64,000 bases of DNA from IMG/VR virus record IMGVR_UViG_3300021511_000252, positions 1-64,000 of that record. One strand, written 5' to 3'. Under the pieces are notes generated by a model, which saw nothing but the letters and a program-made list of their open reading frames with translations, was not told where the DNA came from and ran no database searches. Positions 41,173 to 53,100 of the stretch are shown piece after piece. Position numbers and translations under genes: made by a program. Positions within the stretch are counted from its first letter, which is position 1, and each line of letters begins with the position of its first letter. Source of the stretch: a virus (Duplodnaviria; Caudoviricetes).

Positions 41173-42952
41173 TTTTAATTGTAGACCTCCCGTTGTAGCG
41201 ATTCACTTCTAAAATTTCTCCATACCCTGTTGGTATATTTTTATTAGAAATAACAAAAACTTTATTTCCTTCTTCGCTAATTTTTTGTAAAAGATTTATT
41301 ACTCTTTCTCTACCTGTCTTATCTAGACCCGTTAATGGTTCATCTAAGAAAAGAAATGGGAAATTAGAATCTGCAGAAGAAAATAATACTAACTGGGTAA
41401 CTAATTCTACTCTGCTCTTTTCTCCTCCGGAATAAGTTCTAAAGTCCCTCGGAGAAGAACCATCAACCGAAACTAAAACACTTATTTCATCAACAATTTT
41501 TTTAGACTTTCGTTCAACCTTTGAATCAAAAATGACACTAATGTCATTGTCGCAAAGATCATCCAAGTAAACATTGGAATAACGGTTAAGATTATTAAGA
41601 AAATCATCAAATAAATTTCGAATAGTCTTACCGAAAACTGCTTTTGAAAATTCATTTTTTCTTCTCTTTAATTGTAAAATTCTCAATTTCTTTTCCAAAA
41701 GAGACTTTTCCCCTAGAAGCTCTTCTATCTTTTCTTTTATATCTTTAAGCTCTTCAGTTAAGATCTCAAACTTACTTTCTTCCCCCTTTAAAGATCTTAA
41801 TTTTTCTTCAAAATCTATGCCAGGTTTAGAAGAAAAGGTTTTAATTTTACAAACAGCCTTCTTTAGAAGGGGTTCTTCTACTTCAATTTTAGTTCGCAAC
41901 TTGTGAATTTTTTCAGTAAAGAAAATAAGCTTCTTTTTCCCCTCTTCAAGCTCTCTTTTTACCCCCCGTATTGACTTTAATCTCTTTTCTCTGTCGAGAC
42001 TTGCCCCGCATTTACTACACCGTACAGTTACTTTGTTTTTTAAGTCGCCAATTTCTTTTTCGGCCTCCAAAATTTTGGCCATCAGTCTATCTTTTTTTTC
42101 GATTTCATTAGCAAGCTTATTCTTTTTTTTCGAAAAACTTAGTTTCTTTTCATTCATTTCTTGCAAAAGCTTTTCTTCTCTTTCTTTACTTGCTTTTCTT
42201 TTTAAAATATTCTTTTCTATTTTAGAAATTTTCAAAGCTAAATCTTTTGTACTTATACACTCTTTTTTCTTCTTGAAAATCTTTTCTTCCATTTCTCTAA
42301 GTAATTCTAATTGCTTATCTACAGCAATCATCTTAGAATCAGATTCTTGGAAATCTTCTTTAAGTTTCTTAAGGTTATCATTAGAAAGATCTTTAGCTCT
42401 CTGAAAGTCAGATAAATCCTGGATATCAATTATAATTTCAGCTTTTTTTGTATCTGTAACTCGAAGAAATCTTTCTGAATCATCTTGCCCAAAATAATTT
42501 CGATTTTTAAAGGTTTTCCAATTAATCCCTAAAACTCTCCAAATTTCTCTATATGTATCCGCCTTAGTTTTTCTAGAAAGAGAAACTTTCCCTGTTTTAG
42601 TTTTCTTAGTAAAGAATAACTTATCTCCATACTTAGGATGATTACGGAATTTTTTTATAAGATACTTTTCTTTAGAAATTGTATCTTGAATAAGAAGAGA
42701 AGAAACGCACCACTTACCAAATTCTCCAATAAAGCTTTTTTGAGAATGCCTCCTTATTGTTTTATCAAATAAAAGATCTGCAAATAAATCTCCAATAAGA
42801 GACTTTCCGGAACAGTTACTATCCGTTCCAGAAATATCAAGATTGTTCCCCACAATGAAGATTAAATTTCCTTCTAACTCTCTAAACTTTAAATCTAAAT
42901 CTTCATATAGAACAAAATTCTTAGCCTTTAATCTAAGAAATTCAAATTTCAT
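41165..42952 (-). CDS. sbcC: SbcC/Rad50 (gp46-like) ATPase
   Basis: NCSGKS Walker A, FGQD Q-loop, CSKC zinc hook, YSGGEK signature, LFLDEP Walker B; start revised to 42952. Confidence 0.93.
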   Translation of the reverse strand: MKFEFLRLKAKNFVLYEDLDLKFRELEGNLIFIVGNNLDISGTDSNCSGKSLIGDLFADLLFDKTIRRHSQKSFIGEFGKWCVSSLLIQDTISKEKYLIKKFRNHPKYGDKLFFTKKTKTGKVSLSRKTKADTYREIWRVLGINWKTFKNRNYFGQDDSERFLRVTDTKKAEIIIDIQDLSDFQRAKDLSNDNLKKLKEDFQESDSKMIAVDKQLELLREMEEKIFKKKKECISTKDLALKISKIEKNILKRKASKEREEKLLQEMNEKKLSFSKKKNKLANEIEKKDRLMAKILEAEKEIGDLKNKVTVRCSKCGASLDREKRLKSIRGVKRELEEGKKKLIFFTEKIHKLRTKIEVEEPLLKKAVCKIKTFSSKPGIDFEEKLRSLKGEESKFEILTEELKDIKEKIEELLGEKSLLEKKLRILQLKRRKNEFSKAVFGKTIRNLFDDFLNNLNRYSNVYLDDLCDNDISVIFDSKVERKSKKIVDEISVLVSVDGSSPRDFRTYSGGEKSRVELVTQLVLFSSADSNFPFLFLDEPLTGLDKTGRERVINLLQKISEEGNKVFVISNKNIPTGYGEILEVNRYNGRSTIKNA

Positions 42953-43169
42953 CCCGCTCCTCTTTTTCTCTTCTTGCCATTTCAGATTTATAAGCCATAT
43001 AAGCTTTCTTAGCACACCCATCATGTAGAAGAACTGTACTAGAAGGAGAAACTTTAATAGGAACACCAGTCTCTTCTCTAGGAACAATATTTTCACAAAT
43101 AACACAAAATCTATCTGAAGTTACTTCAGCCATATCATTTCCCTCCCTTAACTTTTTCATATATATCAA
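42942..43169 (-). CDS. small zinc-binding protein
   Basis: CVIC...HDGC. Confidence 0.65.
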   Translation of the reverse strand: MIYMKKLREGNDMAEVTSDRFCVICENIVPREETGVPIKVSPSSTVLLHDGCAKKAYMAYKSEMARREKEERDEI

Positions 43170-44199
43170 GAGTATGTTCGTAAAATTTCTTTCGCCTTTT
43201 CTCTTCTAATTTAAAATCTCTCATAGTAGAAAGCAAAGCCTTTCTTTTATTTACAGAAGAATAATTAGCTTTCTTCTCTTCTATTAAGAAAGTCCTTTTA
43301 AGTCTAGGCTGAACAAGATAATAAGGGTTGCATTTTAAAACATCCTTAAGGAATTTAAGATTGTCTTCTTCAGAAACTTTTTCTGTATCTACTATTGGTT
43401 TAACAATAGACCCAGAAATTTCTTCTGGGTCTATCTTGTAATTATCAATCAAAGTAAATCTTGGAGAAAATGTATTTTCAATACGGTGAGCCTTTAAAGT
43501 TGGAAGAGTTATAATTAGCCCACCGGGAATTGTATCTACTTCATCCATTCTTGTTTGGTGAATTGATCCTGCATAAAAACAGTTATCTGTAATCCATTGA
43601 AATTTATGATGATGACCTAAAATTATTAAATCATAATGTTCAGAAAGTCTTTCTATATCTTCTTTCTTAACCCCTATAATAGACTTTGTAGAACCATGTA
43701 ATGTGCCTTTAACTCCAACATGCCCCACTAAAATAGAGAACATTGTTTTCTTTTTCTGCCCTGCGGCTAAAAAAGCATTCTTTAAAAATTTTTCATGAGA
43801 ACAATAATTAATTGTATCAAAAGTAATATTATCAAACTGAAAACTTTTAAAGATTTTAGAATTATAATGAATATTTGAATTAAGAACTTGGCCACTCAAA
43901 AAAGAAAGGATGCTTGTATTTCCATCTAAATCATGATTGCCTGAAATGAAAATAGTAGGAATACCACTTCTGATAATATGATTTATTAAATAAAGAAGGA
44001 GATCTAAATCATCTGAATTGAGAAAGGCACTATGGCATATATCTCCAGGAAGAACAAGATAATCAATTTGATTTTTATGCACATAAGAAAAGAAATGAGC
44101 GAGATACTTCTTTAATTTATCCTTTCTAGAAAGATCTCCCGATACTGTATAGGGAAGTGAATTGGTTAAATGTAAATCACTAAGAATAGCAAGAAGCAT
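43135..44199 (-). CDS. sbcD: SbcD/Mre11 (gp47-like) nuclease
   Basis: SDLH, GD, SGNHD, GH, LGHHH metallophosphoesterase motifs. Confidence 0.94.
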   Translation of the reverse strand: MLLAILSDLHLTNSLPYTVSGDLSRKDKLKKYLAHFFSYVHKNQIDYLVLPGDICHSAFLNSDDLDLLLYLINHIIRSGIPTIFISGNHDLDGNTSILSFLSGQVLNSNIHYNSKIFKSFQFDNITFDTINYCSHEKFLKNAFLAAGQKKKTMFSILVGHVGVKGTLHGSTKSIIGVKKEDIERLSEHYDLIILGHHHKFQWITDNCFYAGSIHQTRMDEVDTIPGGLIITLPTLKAHRIENTFSPRFTLIDNYKIDPEEISGSIVKPIVDTEKVSEEDNLKFLKDVLKCNPYYLVQPRLKRTFLIEEKKANYSSVNKRKALLSTMRDFKLEEKRRKKFYEHTLDIYEKVKGGK

Positions 44200-44200
44200 T

Positions 44201-44404
44201 TCAGTTGATTTCCTTTGGAAGTGGAATAGGACCGGCCCACCATCCTCCTTGGGGCAAGGCCATAGAAGTTTGATTTTGCCAATAATAATTAAGACCTTCC
44301 TCTACTTCACAAAAAAATATTTCCCACAAATGAGAACTGTATCTCTTTGATCTTCTATACCAATACCACCCATCTTCTTTAGGTTTATCTTTCACCCATT
44401 TCAT
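44201..44404 (-). CDS. small phage protein
   Basis: PKEDGWYW...WAGPIPLP. Confidence 0.7.
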   Translation of the reverse strand: MKWVKDKPKEDGWYWYRRSKRYSSHLWEIFFCEVEEGLNYYWQNQTSMALPQGGWWAGPIPLPKEIN

Positions 44405-44414
44405 AATTTTCTCC

Positions 44415-45464
44415 CTATAAATATTTCCTTATTAACTTCTTAGACTCCGGAAACTCTTTAATAAATGGAGCAAAACCTTCAGCCCCCTGCCACTTTAATT
44501 CGCGATTTTCTTTAAAATGAAACCAAGCTCCCTTCTTAACAATTAACTTTTTACCTATAAGGTAATCTAAAATAGCAAAAGATCTATTGAACCCCTTGCC
44601 ATTAATAATCTTAAACCGAACTTCTTTATGTGGAGGATAAAGCTTATTTTTAGAAGTTTTAACTATTCCGAAATGACCTATGATTCTTTTCTTACTATTT
44701 TGAATTGCTTTCGTTCTATAAAAGCTTAAACAAATTGAATCATGATAATCAAAAGCAGATCCTCCAATATTAGTATCAGGACTCCCCCAGCGAATTCCTA
44801 TTTTTGATTTCGTTTGGTGGCTAAGGATAAGTATGGCTTTAGCTTTAGACAAAAGACCAGTTAGCTTACGGCACGCCATAGAAGCTATTCTTGCATGTTC
44901 TCCAAGAGCTTTTCCCGAAGAAGAAAAATCTCCATCTAACTCTGCCGCAGGAGAAAACCCCGAAAAAGAATCCATAATAATAACAAACGGAGCTCTATTT
45001 TCATTAACATGACGAGCCTTTTCACAGATATTTAGAGCCGTACGAGCAGTATCAAAAGCCTCTTCTAAAGTATCTGGCTGAGTGATGAAAAATTCATCAA
45101 CAGAAGGGCAAATCTTTCTAGCGTATTTTACATCTAAAGCTCTTTCCGATTCTATAATGTGAGCCGCCCCTCCTCTTTTAACAGCTTGTTCTGCAATTCT
45201 TAAAAGAAAGGTTGTTTTTCCCACACTCGGTTTAGCTTTTACAGAAATAATTCTTCCAACAGGCAAACCCCATTCACCATCTTCTGACAAACAAAGTATT
45301 CTGTCAAGATTAGGCAGTCCCGTTGGAAGAACATTTCTAACCATTAAGGGGGTAAAATCATCTCCAAGCATTAACGTGTCTACCCCCTTAGTTTTATTAA
45401 TCGTGTCTTTCATGATAAAAGACAGATTTTTTTCTGCAACATCTTCCTTTTTCTTTTTCCCCAT
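44415..45464 (-). CDS. recA: RecA/UvsX recombinase
   Basis: GLPVGRI, KPSVGKTT, IESERALD, IMDSF, GGSAFDYHDSICL, KNKLYPP. Confidence 0.95.
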   Translation of the reverse strand: MGKKKKEDVAEKNLSFIMKDTINKTKGVDTLMLGDDFTPLMVRNVLPTGLPNLDRILCLSEDGEWGLPVGRIISVKAKPSVGKTTFLLRIAEQAVKRGGAAHIIESERALDVKYARKICPSVDEFFITQPDTLEEAFDTARTALNICEKARHVNENRAPFVIIMDSFSGFSPAAELDGDFSSSGKALGEHARIASMACRKLTGLLSKAKAILILSHQTKSKIGIRWGSPDTNIGGSAFDYHDSICLSFYRTKAIQNSKKRIIGHFGIVKTSKNKLYPPHKEVRFKIINGKGFNRSFAILDYLIGKKLIVKKGAWFHFKENRELKWQGAEGFAPFIKEFPESKKLIRKYL

Positions 45465-45475
45465 TTTAATCTCAC

Positions 45476-46681
<1,206 letters not shown>

Positions 46682-46739
46682 AAAAGGTTAATATTTTAAA
46701 TAAATATACTATTTTCTTGTATAAGACTTCTGCAAATTT

Positions 46740-47306
46740 TTAACCTTCTCTCCTTCTTTCATCTAGAGGAATAACTTCCTTTCTAGAAATCCCCCTAATA
46801 CTATCAGAAGGGACATTACGTATATCACTACTTCTTGACATAATAGCTATAGACTTTTCTCTTAACGCATCATATAATAGACTCGCCCTAAGAGCTTTTT
46901 CCTTAGCTTTACTAACTTCTAATTGGGCCTCTAACCATTTTGGATACCTTCGAATAACATTCTCTATTCTTTTTTCTCCAATTACCCCTTTATTTCTAAC
47001 TTGTTTATCAAGTTCTGCTTCAACCTGTTTTCTTATCGCATCTTTATCTCTTACCTCTTTCTCTAAAAGAGAAACGATAGACCCAAAATACCCCATTATA
47101 GCAGGAATTCTTTCTACTAAAGAATGGACATCTTCTTCCTCATTAAATAATAATTCTCCGCCTATATCAACTTCATAAACCCTCCCCTTTAACTTAAACT
47201 TTACACTTGTAAGATTATTAAAGAGATGAGCGGAAGCAGAAGAAACTTTCTTCTTAGTTTTCTTTTTTTTCTTCTTTGATTCTTTAGCGACCATAATATC
47301 TATCAC
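46740..47306 (-). CDS. UvsY-like recombination mediator
   Basis: Helical protein with EKRIENVIRRYPKW...LYDALREK pattern; position beside SSB and RecA. Confidence 0.55.
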   Translation of the reverse strand: MIDIMVAKESKKKKKKTKKKVSSASAHLFNNLTSVKFKLKGRVYEVDIGGELLFNEEEDVHSLVERIPAIMGYFGSIVSLLEKEVRDKDAIRKQVEAELDKQVRNKGVIGEKRIENVIRRYPKWLEAQLEVSKAKEKALRASLLYDALREKSIAIMSRSSDIRNVPSDSIRGISRKEVIPLDERRREG

Positions 47307-47317
47307 CTTAAAGAAAA

Positions 47318-47351
47318 GTATAGCGAGAGAATAAAACTCCTCTCGCTATAC
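47318..47351 (-). terminator. intrinsic terminator after HU
   Basis: GTATAGCGAGAG-N10-CTCTCGCTATAC, followed by TTTTCTT on the minus strand. Confidence 0.88.
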
Positions 47352-47365
47352 AAAAATTACCTATT

Positions 47366-47749
47366 CTATTTCTTCTTCTTTTTCTTACTTTTAGGCTTCG
47401 CCTTTTTCTTTGCTTTCTTAGCCCCTCCAACAATGGAAGGATCTACATCAGCAAGCTGAGCCTTCAAAGTTGAAGAAGGACGAAATTTAACAGCCACTTT
47501 TTCTGGAATTTCAATACTCTCTCCAGAATGTGGATTCCTGCCCGTTCTAGCTCCTTGAACAACAGCTTCAAACTTACCAAACTTAGGAACTGCGATACTT
47601 TCTCCACTGACAAGTGCTTGTGTAGAAATATCAAATACACTCTTGACAATTTCATAAACACCACTTTTCGTTAGAGCAGGAACTCCAGAATCTTCATCTT
47701 GATCAATTCTGAGATGAACTTCCTTCGCCAATTCAGCCAAAGATACCAT
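47366..47749 (-). CDS. hup: HU/IHF family DNA-binding protein with Lys-rich tail
   Basis: FGKFE...ARTGRNPHSGESIEIP...VKFRPS. Confidence 0.96.
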   Translation of the reverse strand: MVSLAELAKEVHLRIDQDEDSGVPALTKSGVYEIVKSVFDISTQALVSGESIAVPKFGKFEAVVQGARTGRNPHSGESIEIPEKVAVKFRPSSTLKAQLADVDPSIVGGAKKAKKKAKPKSKKKKKK

Positions 47750-47784
47750 TTTTCTTACCTCCTTTCTCTTAGATTTACTACGCC

Positions 47785-48363
47785 CTACAAGCCAACCTTA
47801 TTAACTATTTCATTAACAACTTTTAAGACACTGGGAATATTAAATTCCCTTCGGATGATATTTAGGGCATTCAAATAAATTCCGCGAAAAGCTTGATTCC
47901 CTATTTCAATTTCAGTTACAGCATATATGAGAATTTCAAATTTATCCATACAAGCAACCAACTGACCTTCTGGGGAATCATCCTTCGCTGTCAACCAAGC
48001 TTCTTTTAATTTCAACCCTGTAATTTCAGGAAGCTCTTCGAAAATTTTCTCCTTAACACATTTTTCCCGAATATAATCAAGCCTTTCTTTAAAATCAGGA
48101 TTTTCGTCATGTAAGGGATACAATATATCTCCCGTTTCACACTCTTCTAAGTCATGAACCAAAGCTTTTTGAAGAACAAGCTCTAAATTATAATAATAAC
48201 CTTCAAGCCTTTCATTTTCTAAGTGAGCAAAGACCATAGCGTACAAAGCCAGATAAAAAGAATGTTGAGCAACAGAATAAGGCTTTATATGGGGAAGATT
48301 ACTGCATCTATCTATATAACGTAATTTTTGAACTCGATCAAAGAAATCAAATTTTTCTTCCAA
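47785..48363 (-). CDS. HD-domain 5'-deoxynucleotidase (YfbR-like)
   Basis: SVAQHSF, HDLEECETGDI, MDKFE. Confidence 0.88.
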   Translation of the reverse strand: MEEKFDFFDRVQKLRYIDRCSNLPHIKPYSVAQHSFYLALYAMVFAHLENERLEGYYYNLELVLQKALVHDLEECETGDILYPLHDENPDFKERLDYIREKCVKEKIFEELPEITGLKLKEAWLTAKDDSPEGQLVACMDKFEILIYAVTEIEIGNQAFRGIYLNALNIIRREFNIPSVLKVVNEIVNKVGL

Positions 48364-48805
48364 TTTTTTTTACCCCCTGCTTTCTCACTTTAATTTTATA
48401 TTTTCGTAACAACTTACAAATAAGAGGCTGGGAAATATGTAAAAGGTCACTTATTTCATGTGAAGTTAAAAAGTATTTTTCATAATATATATAAAGAGCA
48501 CACCATGGAAAAACAAACGGAGTATGTTCTCTAACCCTTGCTTCTACATCTACTCTTCTTTTCTTCTTAGGAGCAATTCCGGGAAGTGTTCCTTTTGCCC
48601 TCGGAGGAAACCCTCTTTTAAGTAACGAGGTTCTCATCTTAGTAGTAGAAATGTTAATTATCTCCCCACTACGTTTTAAAGAAAGCTTCTTATCATAATA
48701 ACAAATAAAAGCAAAAGATGTAAAGTTTCTAAACCCCGCTTCTTTAGCCTTAACTTCTTCATCTACTTGATTAAGAGGCCACTTTTTCTGTTGTAAATGG
48801 GTCAA
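48347..48805 (-). CDS. hypothetical HTH-repeat protein
   Basis: Two segments of the form Y..K.LS/T..EI..LL. Confidence 0.6.
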   Translation of the reverse strand: MTHLQQKKWPLNQVDEEVKAKEAGFRNFTSFAFICYYDKKLSLKRSGEIINISTTKMRTSLLKRGFPPRAKGTLPGIAPKKKRRVDVEARVREHTPFVFPWCALYIYYEKYFLTSHEISDLLHISQPLICKLLRKYKIKVRKQGVKKIGRKI

Positions 48806-49151
48806 AGTTATACACCTTAGCTCTTCGATTTAAATCTCTTGCATACTTATTCTGCCTTTTGATAATTTCATCTCTTTTTTTTAGTCTTCGTTTTTCTTCT
48901 GCTGGAATTCCCCCTTCATCTATTATTTTCCCAAGGGTAAGATCATCAGTTTCATATCCTGACTTGCCTGTAGTTTCTAGAACTTTTGATCCAATCTTAA
49001 AAGAAGAAATAATTTTTCGGGCACTATACGTTCCACACTTATTACAATATACCCGTTTCCGGCTTAAAGCTTTCCAATCCTCCGAAGAGACTTTTTCCAA
49101 CTTTTCAAACTTTAATTTGCAATATTCACAGTAATATTCATATAATGGCAT
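48771..49151 (-). CDS. FmdB-family zinc-ribbon protein
   Basis: MPLYEYYCEYC...CNKCG. Confidence 0.88.
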   Translation of the reverse strand: MPLYEYYCEYCKLKFEKLEKVSSEDWKALSRKRVYCNKCGTYSARKIISSFKIGSKVLETTGKSGYETDDLTLGKIIDEGGIPAEEKRRLKKRDEIIKRQNKYARDLNRRAKVYNFDPFTTEKVAS

Positions 49152-49213
49152 ATTTAGCCCCTTTTATAGATCGCTAATCTCAAAAAATCGCCCCCAAAAA
49201 TTTTGGAGTCAGC

Positions 49214-49612
49214 CTATCCCCTCTCTCGGTTTTGTCCCTTGTTAAATTTCTTCTTTCTGAGCTTAGAACGATTTACTTTCGATATATCTAAAGAAATTCC
49301 ATAAGGAATCTTCTTTTTTAAATCCCCTGTTCTTATTTCAGAAATTCTAGCTATAAATTTATACTTCGGCCATAGATCTGCTAAAAAAGCTGCAAGTTCT
49401 GCCCTTACATACCCTATTTTTTGATCTTTCTTTTTCCTCTTAACCATTACGGCTACTGCATTTTTATCAAATCTATTGTTTGGTTCTCTCTTAAGATAAA
49501 CTTTTTCCTTCCCAGATAGACTAGAGATAATTTCTTGTCGATCAAAAGGAAGATCTTCATTTCTAAAAGTTACTCCCTTAACAGTAATTTCCATACTAAT
49601 CTCCAATCTCAA
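49214..49612 (-). CDS. HIRAN-domain protein
   Basis: VKGVTFR, LKREPNNRFDKNAVAV, IGYV. Confidence 0.92.
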   Translation of the reverse strand: MRLEISMEITVKGVTFRNEDLPFDRQEIISSLSGKEKVYLKREPNNRFDKNAVAVMVKRKKKDQKIGYVRAELAAFLADLWPKYKFIARISEIRTGDLKKKIPYGISLDISKVNRSKLRKKKFNKGQNRERG

Positions 49613-50186
49613 ATGATTTTCTTATTTGCCTTAAAGACATAAACTCAGGTAAAATTTTTTCTGGTTCCATTACAGAAAGTAAAGGATCTCTAACCTCTTT
49701 GGATTTATATAATAAAATATCTAACCTTAAACCTGCCCCATCAGAAATTGCCCCTAGAAGATCAAACTTTGAAAAATTTTCTTTTATAATTCGAGAGTGT
49801 TCTTTAGGGAGATATCCAATATCTGCACGAACCATTCCTGTATCTACAAAAACTGCAATCGCATTAGAGTCATACTTATTATTTGGTTCCGGAATTAACT
49901 TTAAGTATTTTTCCATATATTTTTTTCTTGCAGGAATTGCATCTTTATCAAGTAATTGAATGATTTCATACCGACAATCTGGTTCCCCAAGGATTACATC
50001 TTTCCCATGAACTCTAACAAAATCAGCAATTATTCTTCTTCGAGAAAAATCTCTAACAAGTTCACTTTTAAAATTAACCCCTACAATTTTTGGATTATAA
50101 TAATAAATTCCTTCATACCCGAAAAGAGAACGAGTTAAAAAGACCTCTCTATCGGTTCGTTTAGCTCTCATAGAACTACAATCCAA
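49596..50186 (-). CDS. HIRAN-domain protein
   Basis: IVGVNF, LIPEPNNKYDSNAIAV, IGYLP. Confidence 0.88.
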   Translation of the reverse strand: MDCSSMRAKRTDREVFLTRSLFGYEGIYYYNPKIVGVNFKSELVRDFSRRRIIADFVRVHGKDVILGEPDCRYEIIQLLDKDAIPARKKYMEKYLKLIPEPNNKYDSNAIAVFVDTGMVRADIGYLPKEHSRIIKENFSKFDLLGAISDGAGLRLDILLYKSKEVRDPLLSVMEPEKILPEFMSLRQIRKSFEIGD

Positions 50187-53100
50187 TGCCCTGGCTCCAA
50201 AACTTTATTCTTCCTTCTTCTATCAGCACTTACTGCGATTGAAGACTCTTTATTCCAAACATTTTTCTTTCCAGAAACAATAATCATACTCCCCACATCA
50301 AATTCTAAATTTTCTTCTATTAATTCTAGACTCTCTGGAAACAAAATTACCTTCTGTTCTCCATCTTTATTTTTAATGTGAATATAACACATTAGAGTAT
50401 CCCGAACAGTCTTTCGAAAAATTTTCTTCGTGACTTTGCCATAAGTTCTAAGAGGCCCATTCTGCCTAAGCCTTTCAAACTCTTTTAGAGAAGTAAAAGG
50501 TTTATACTCTTCTATCTGATCTTTATATAAGCTTTCTAAAGGATAAGTCTCAAACCCATACAGATTTTCTCGAGCCAAAAGGAAATTTTCTTTAGAAGAA
50601 AAAGCTAAGGGCATTTCTTTTTCAAGTTCTTTCTTTCCTTTGATTGCTCTGTATTCTAAAAGAACATCTTTTGCTTTTCCGAATTCCTTAAACACTCCCG
50701 CTATAGCTAATGATTCTACAATTCTACTATTACATGCCCTTCTGTTGATTCGATTATAAAAGTCTTCTATAGAATCATACGGAGCATTTTCAATAATAGT
50801 AGCCGAAGCTTTTTCCCCTAAATGTTTTATTGCGGTAATAGGCCACTCTATACGTGTCCTACATGGCTCGAAAATAGCTTTTGGGTGGTTTATATTAGGT
50901 AAGTTAAATTTGATACCGTAATGGCTTTCTGCGATCATTTTTGCATTAGAAATTTTATCATGAGGAAGGTATCGAAGATGACAAGCAAAAAATTCTACAG
51001 GATAATGTACTTTAAGATACTGGCAAATATATCCGAGAAGAGCATAACTAGAAGCATGACCTCTTGGAAACAAATAGCTACCAGCTTGAGAAAACTTCTT
51101 CCAAATCTGTTCAGCAACCTCTTCTATATCTTCCTCGCCAGACCACTTTTTCATTGCTCCTTCAATAAATTTCTTTTTGTAGCTCTTAAATACTTTAGGA
51201 TTTTTTCCTTTAATAATCTTCCGAAGAGCATCAGCCTTTTTAGGGTGCATACCTGCAAATTCACTTGCTGTCCTTAAAATATGCTCACTAAAAACAAGAA
51301 CTCCAAGGGAATCATTTAAAATATTCTTTAAAGAGTGATGATCATATTTAACAAGAGAGGGATCTTTCTTTCTTTTAGAAAAAGATTTATCAGCATTTGC
51401 AGACAAGGCTCCTGGGCGAGCAAGAGCATTGATGACAATAAGATCATTAAATTCAGTTATGTTCACCATATCTACAATCTTCTTAGCAGAACCTCCACTA
51501 AACTGAAAGACCCCAAAGACCTCCCCTTCATTAAACTTATTAAAGGTTGCTTCATCTTCTAAATCTAATTCATAAAGGTTTATTTCTTCCCCTTTTGTTT
51601 TCTTTACAAGGTCAATAACTTCAGAAACAACAGAAAGGGTTCTTACCCCTAAAATGTCAAGAACCATTACTCCAATTTCATTTAAGTCTTCTCTACTCGT
51701 ATGGGAATTTTCCCATACTGTAGAAATAATCCTTTCGCTTTTCTTTGCAGGGTTTACTTGTGTTCTAATAGGAAGAAGCTCATCTACTTTTCCAGGAGTA
51801 AGAACTACTCCTGCAGGATGTAAAGATGAATTCCTTACATTTCCAACGAGAGGAGAAATAAATGTATCTACAGCTCTTGAATTGCCATTACACCATTCAT
51901 CGAAAAATTCATACTTCTCCCTTGCACTCTCTAAAGATAGTCCATCTTCCATTCCAGAAGTTATCTTATTTATAATTCCAAATTGATAACCTTTTTGGAG
52001 ATTAAATATTCTATTTGCTTCTTTCTTATCTTCTTCTAAAAGAGCATCTTTTCTTTCAACTTCTAATCGATCTTTAAGGACTCTAGTAACATCTTTAATA
52101 GCTCCCTTCAATTGCATTCGATTATAAGTCCCTACAGATACAACTCGATCTTCTCCATACTTTTCTCTTAAATAGCTAATAGCTTTACTTCTAAATTCTG
52201 AGCGAACATCAATATCTATATCAACATCATTAAGGGATCGATACTTACTAATAAACCTTTCAAACATAATACTATGTTTTATAGGATCTATTAACCCGAA
52301 TCCAAAGATAAAAGCAATAAGACTACCATTAGCTGACCCCCTAATGAGAGAAAAAGCACCTTCGTTTCTTACATAATTCAGAAGATCATCACATATAAGA
52401 AAATAATCTACCGCCCCAAGACTAACAAGGGTCTTATATTCATAGATAATTCTTTTTCTATAAATAGAATTTTCAAATTGCTTCTTACTAAGTATTTTCT
52501 TGGCTCGATAAAGAAGCATTTCTTTAAAGAACTTATCTTTATTTCCAATTGGAAATTTTTTATACAAAAAATGAGTAGTATGGTCATAGGTAGGAAAATA
52601 AAGATTTCCAGTAGGAATCTGATAAGTGCATTCTTCTGCAATCTTAAGACAATTATCTATAGCAGATCTAAATATCTTCTTAGGAATAGATCTTCTTTGG
52701 TCTCTTATGTCTTCCCATTCTTTTAAAGATTTTAGATAATTCTCGGGAGCATCGTATGCAAAGCCCCCCTTAGTAGCCATTTCCATTACTAATCTTTGGA
52801 CACTATGTTCTCCTTTATGTACGAAATGAACATCATTAGTAACTACAAAGGGAATATTAAGTTTCTTACCTAACTGAATCAAATGCTTATTAACTACATC
52901 TTGATCAGAATAATCCACTAACTGAAGTTCTAAATAAAAATTTTCTCCAAATTCTTCTTTCATCCTTTTAGCTACTTTTAGAGCTGTTTTGGGTTTCTTA
53001 TTTAAAAGAAGCTCAGGGATGATCCCTTTAGTACATGCAGAAGTGCATACAATTCCCTCTTTGTGTTTAAATAGTTCAGAAAAATCTAATCTTGCATTAT

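Noticed and set aside
42953-43105. 51-aa hydrophobic N-terminal extension of SbcC
   Set aside because: Overlaps the 42942-43169 gene; the SbcC fold begins at MKFEFL (42952) after a GGAG RBS
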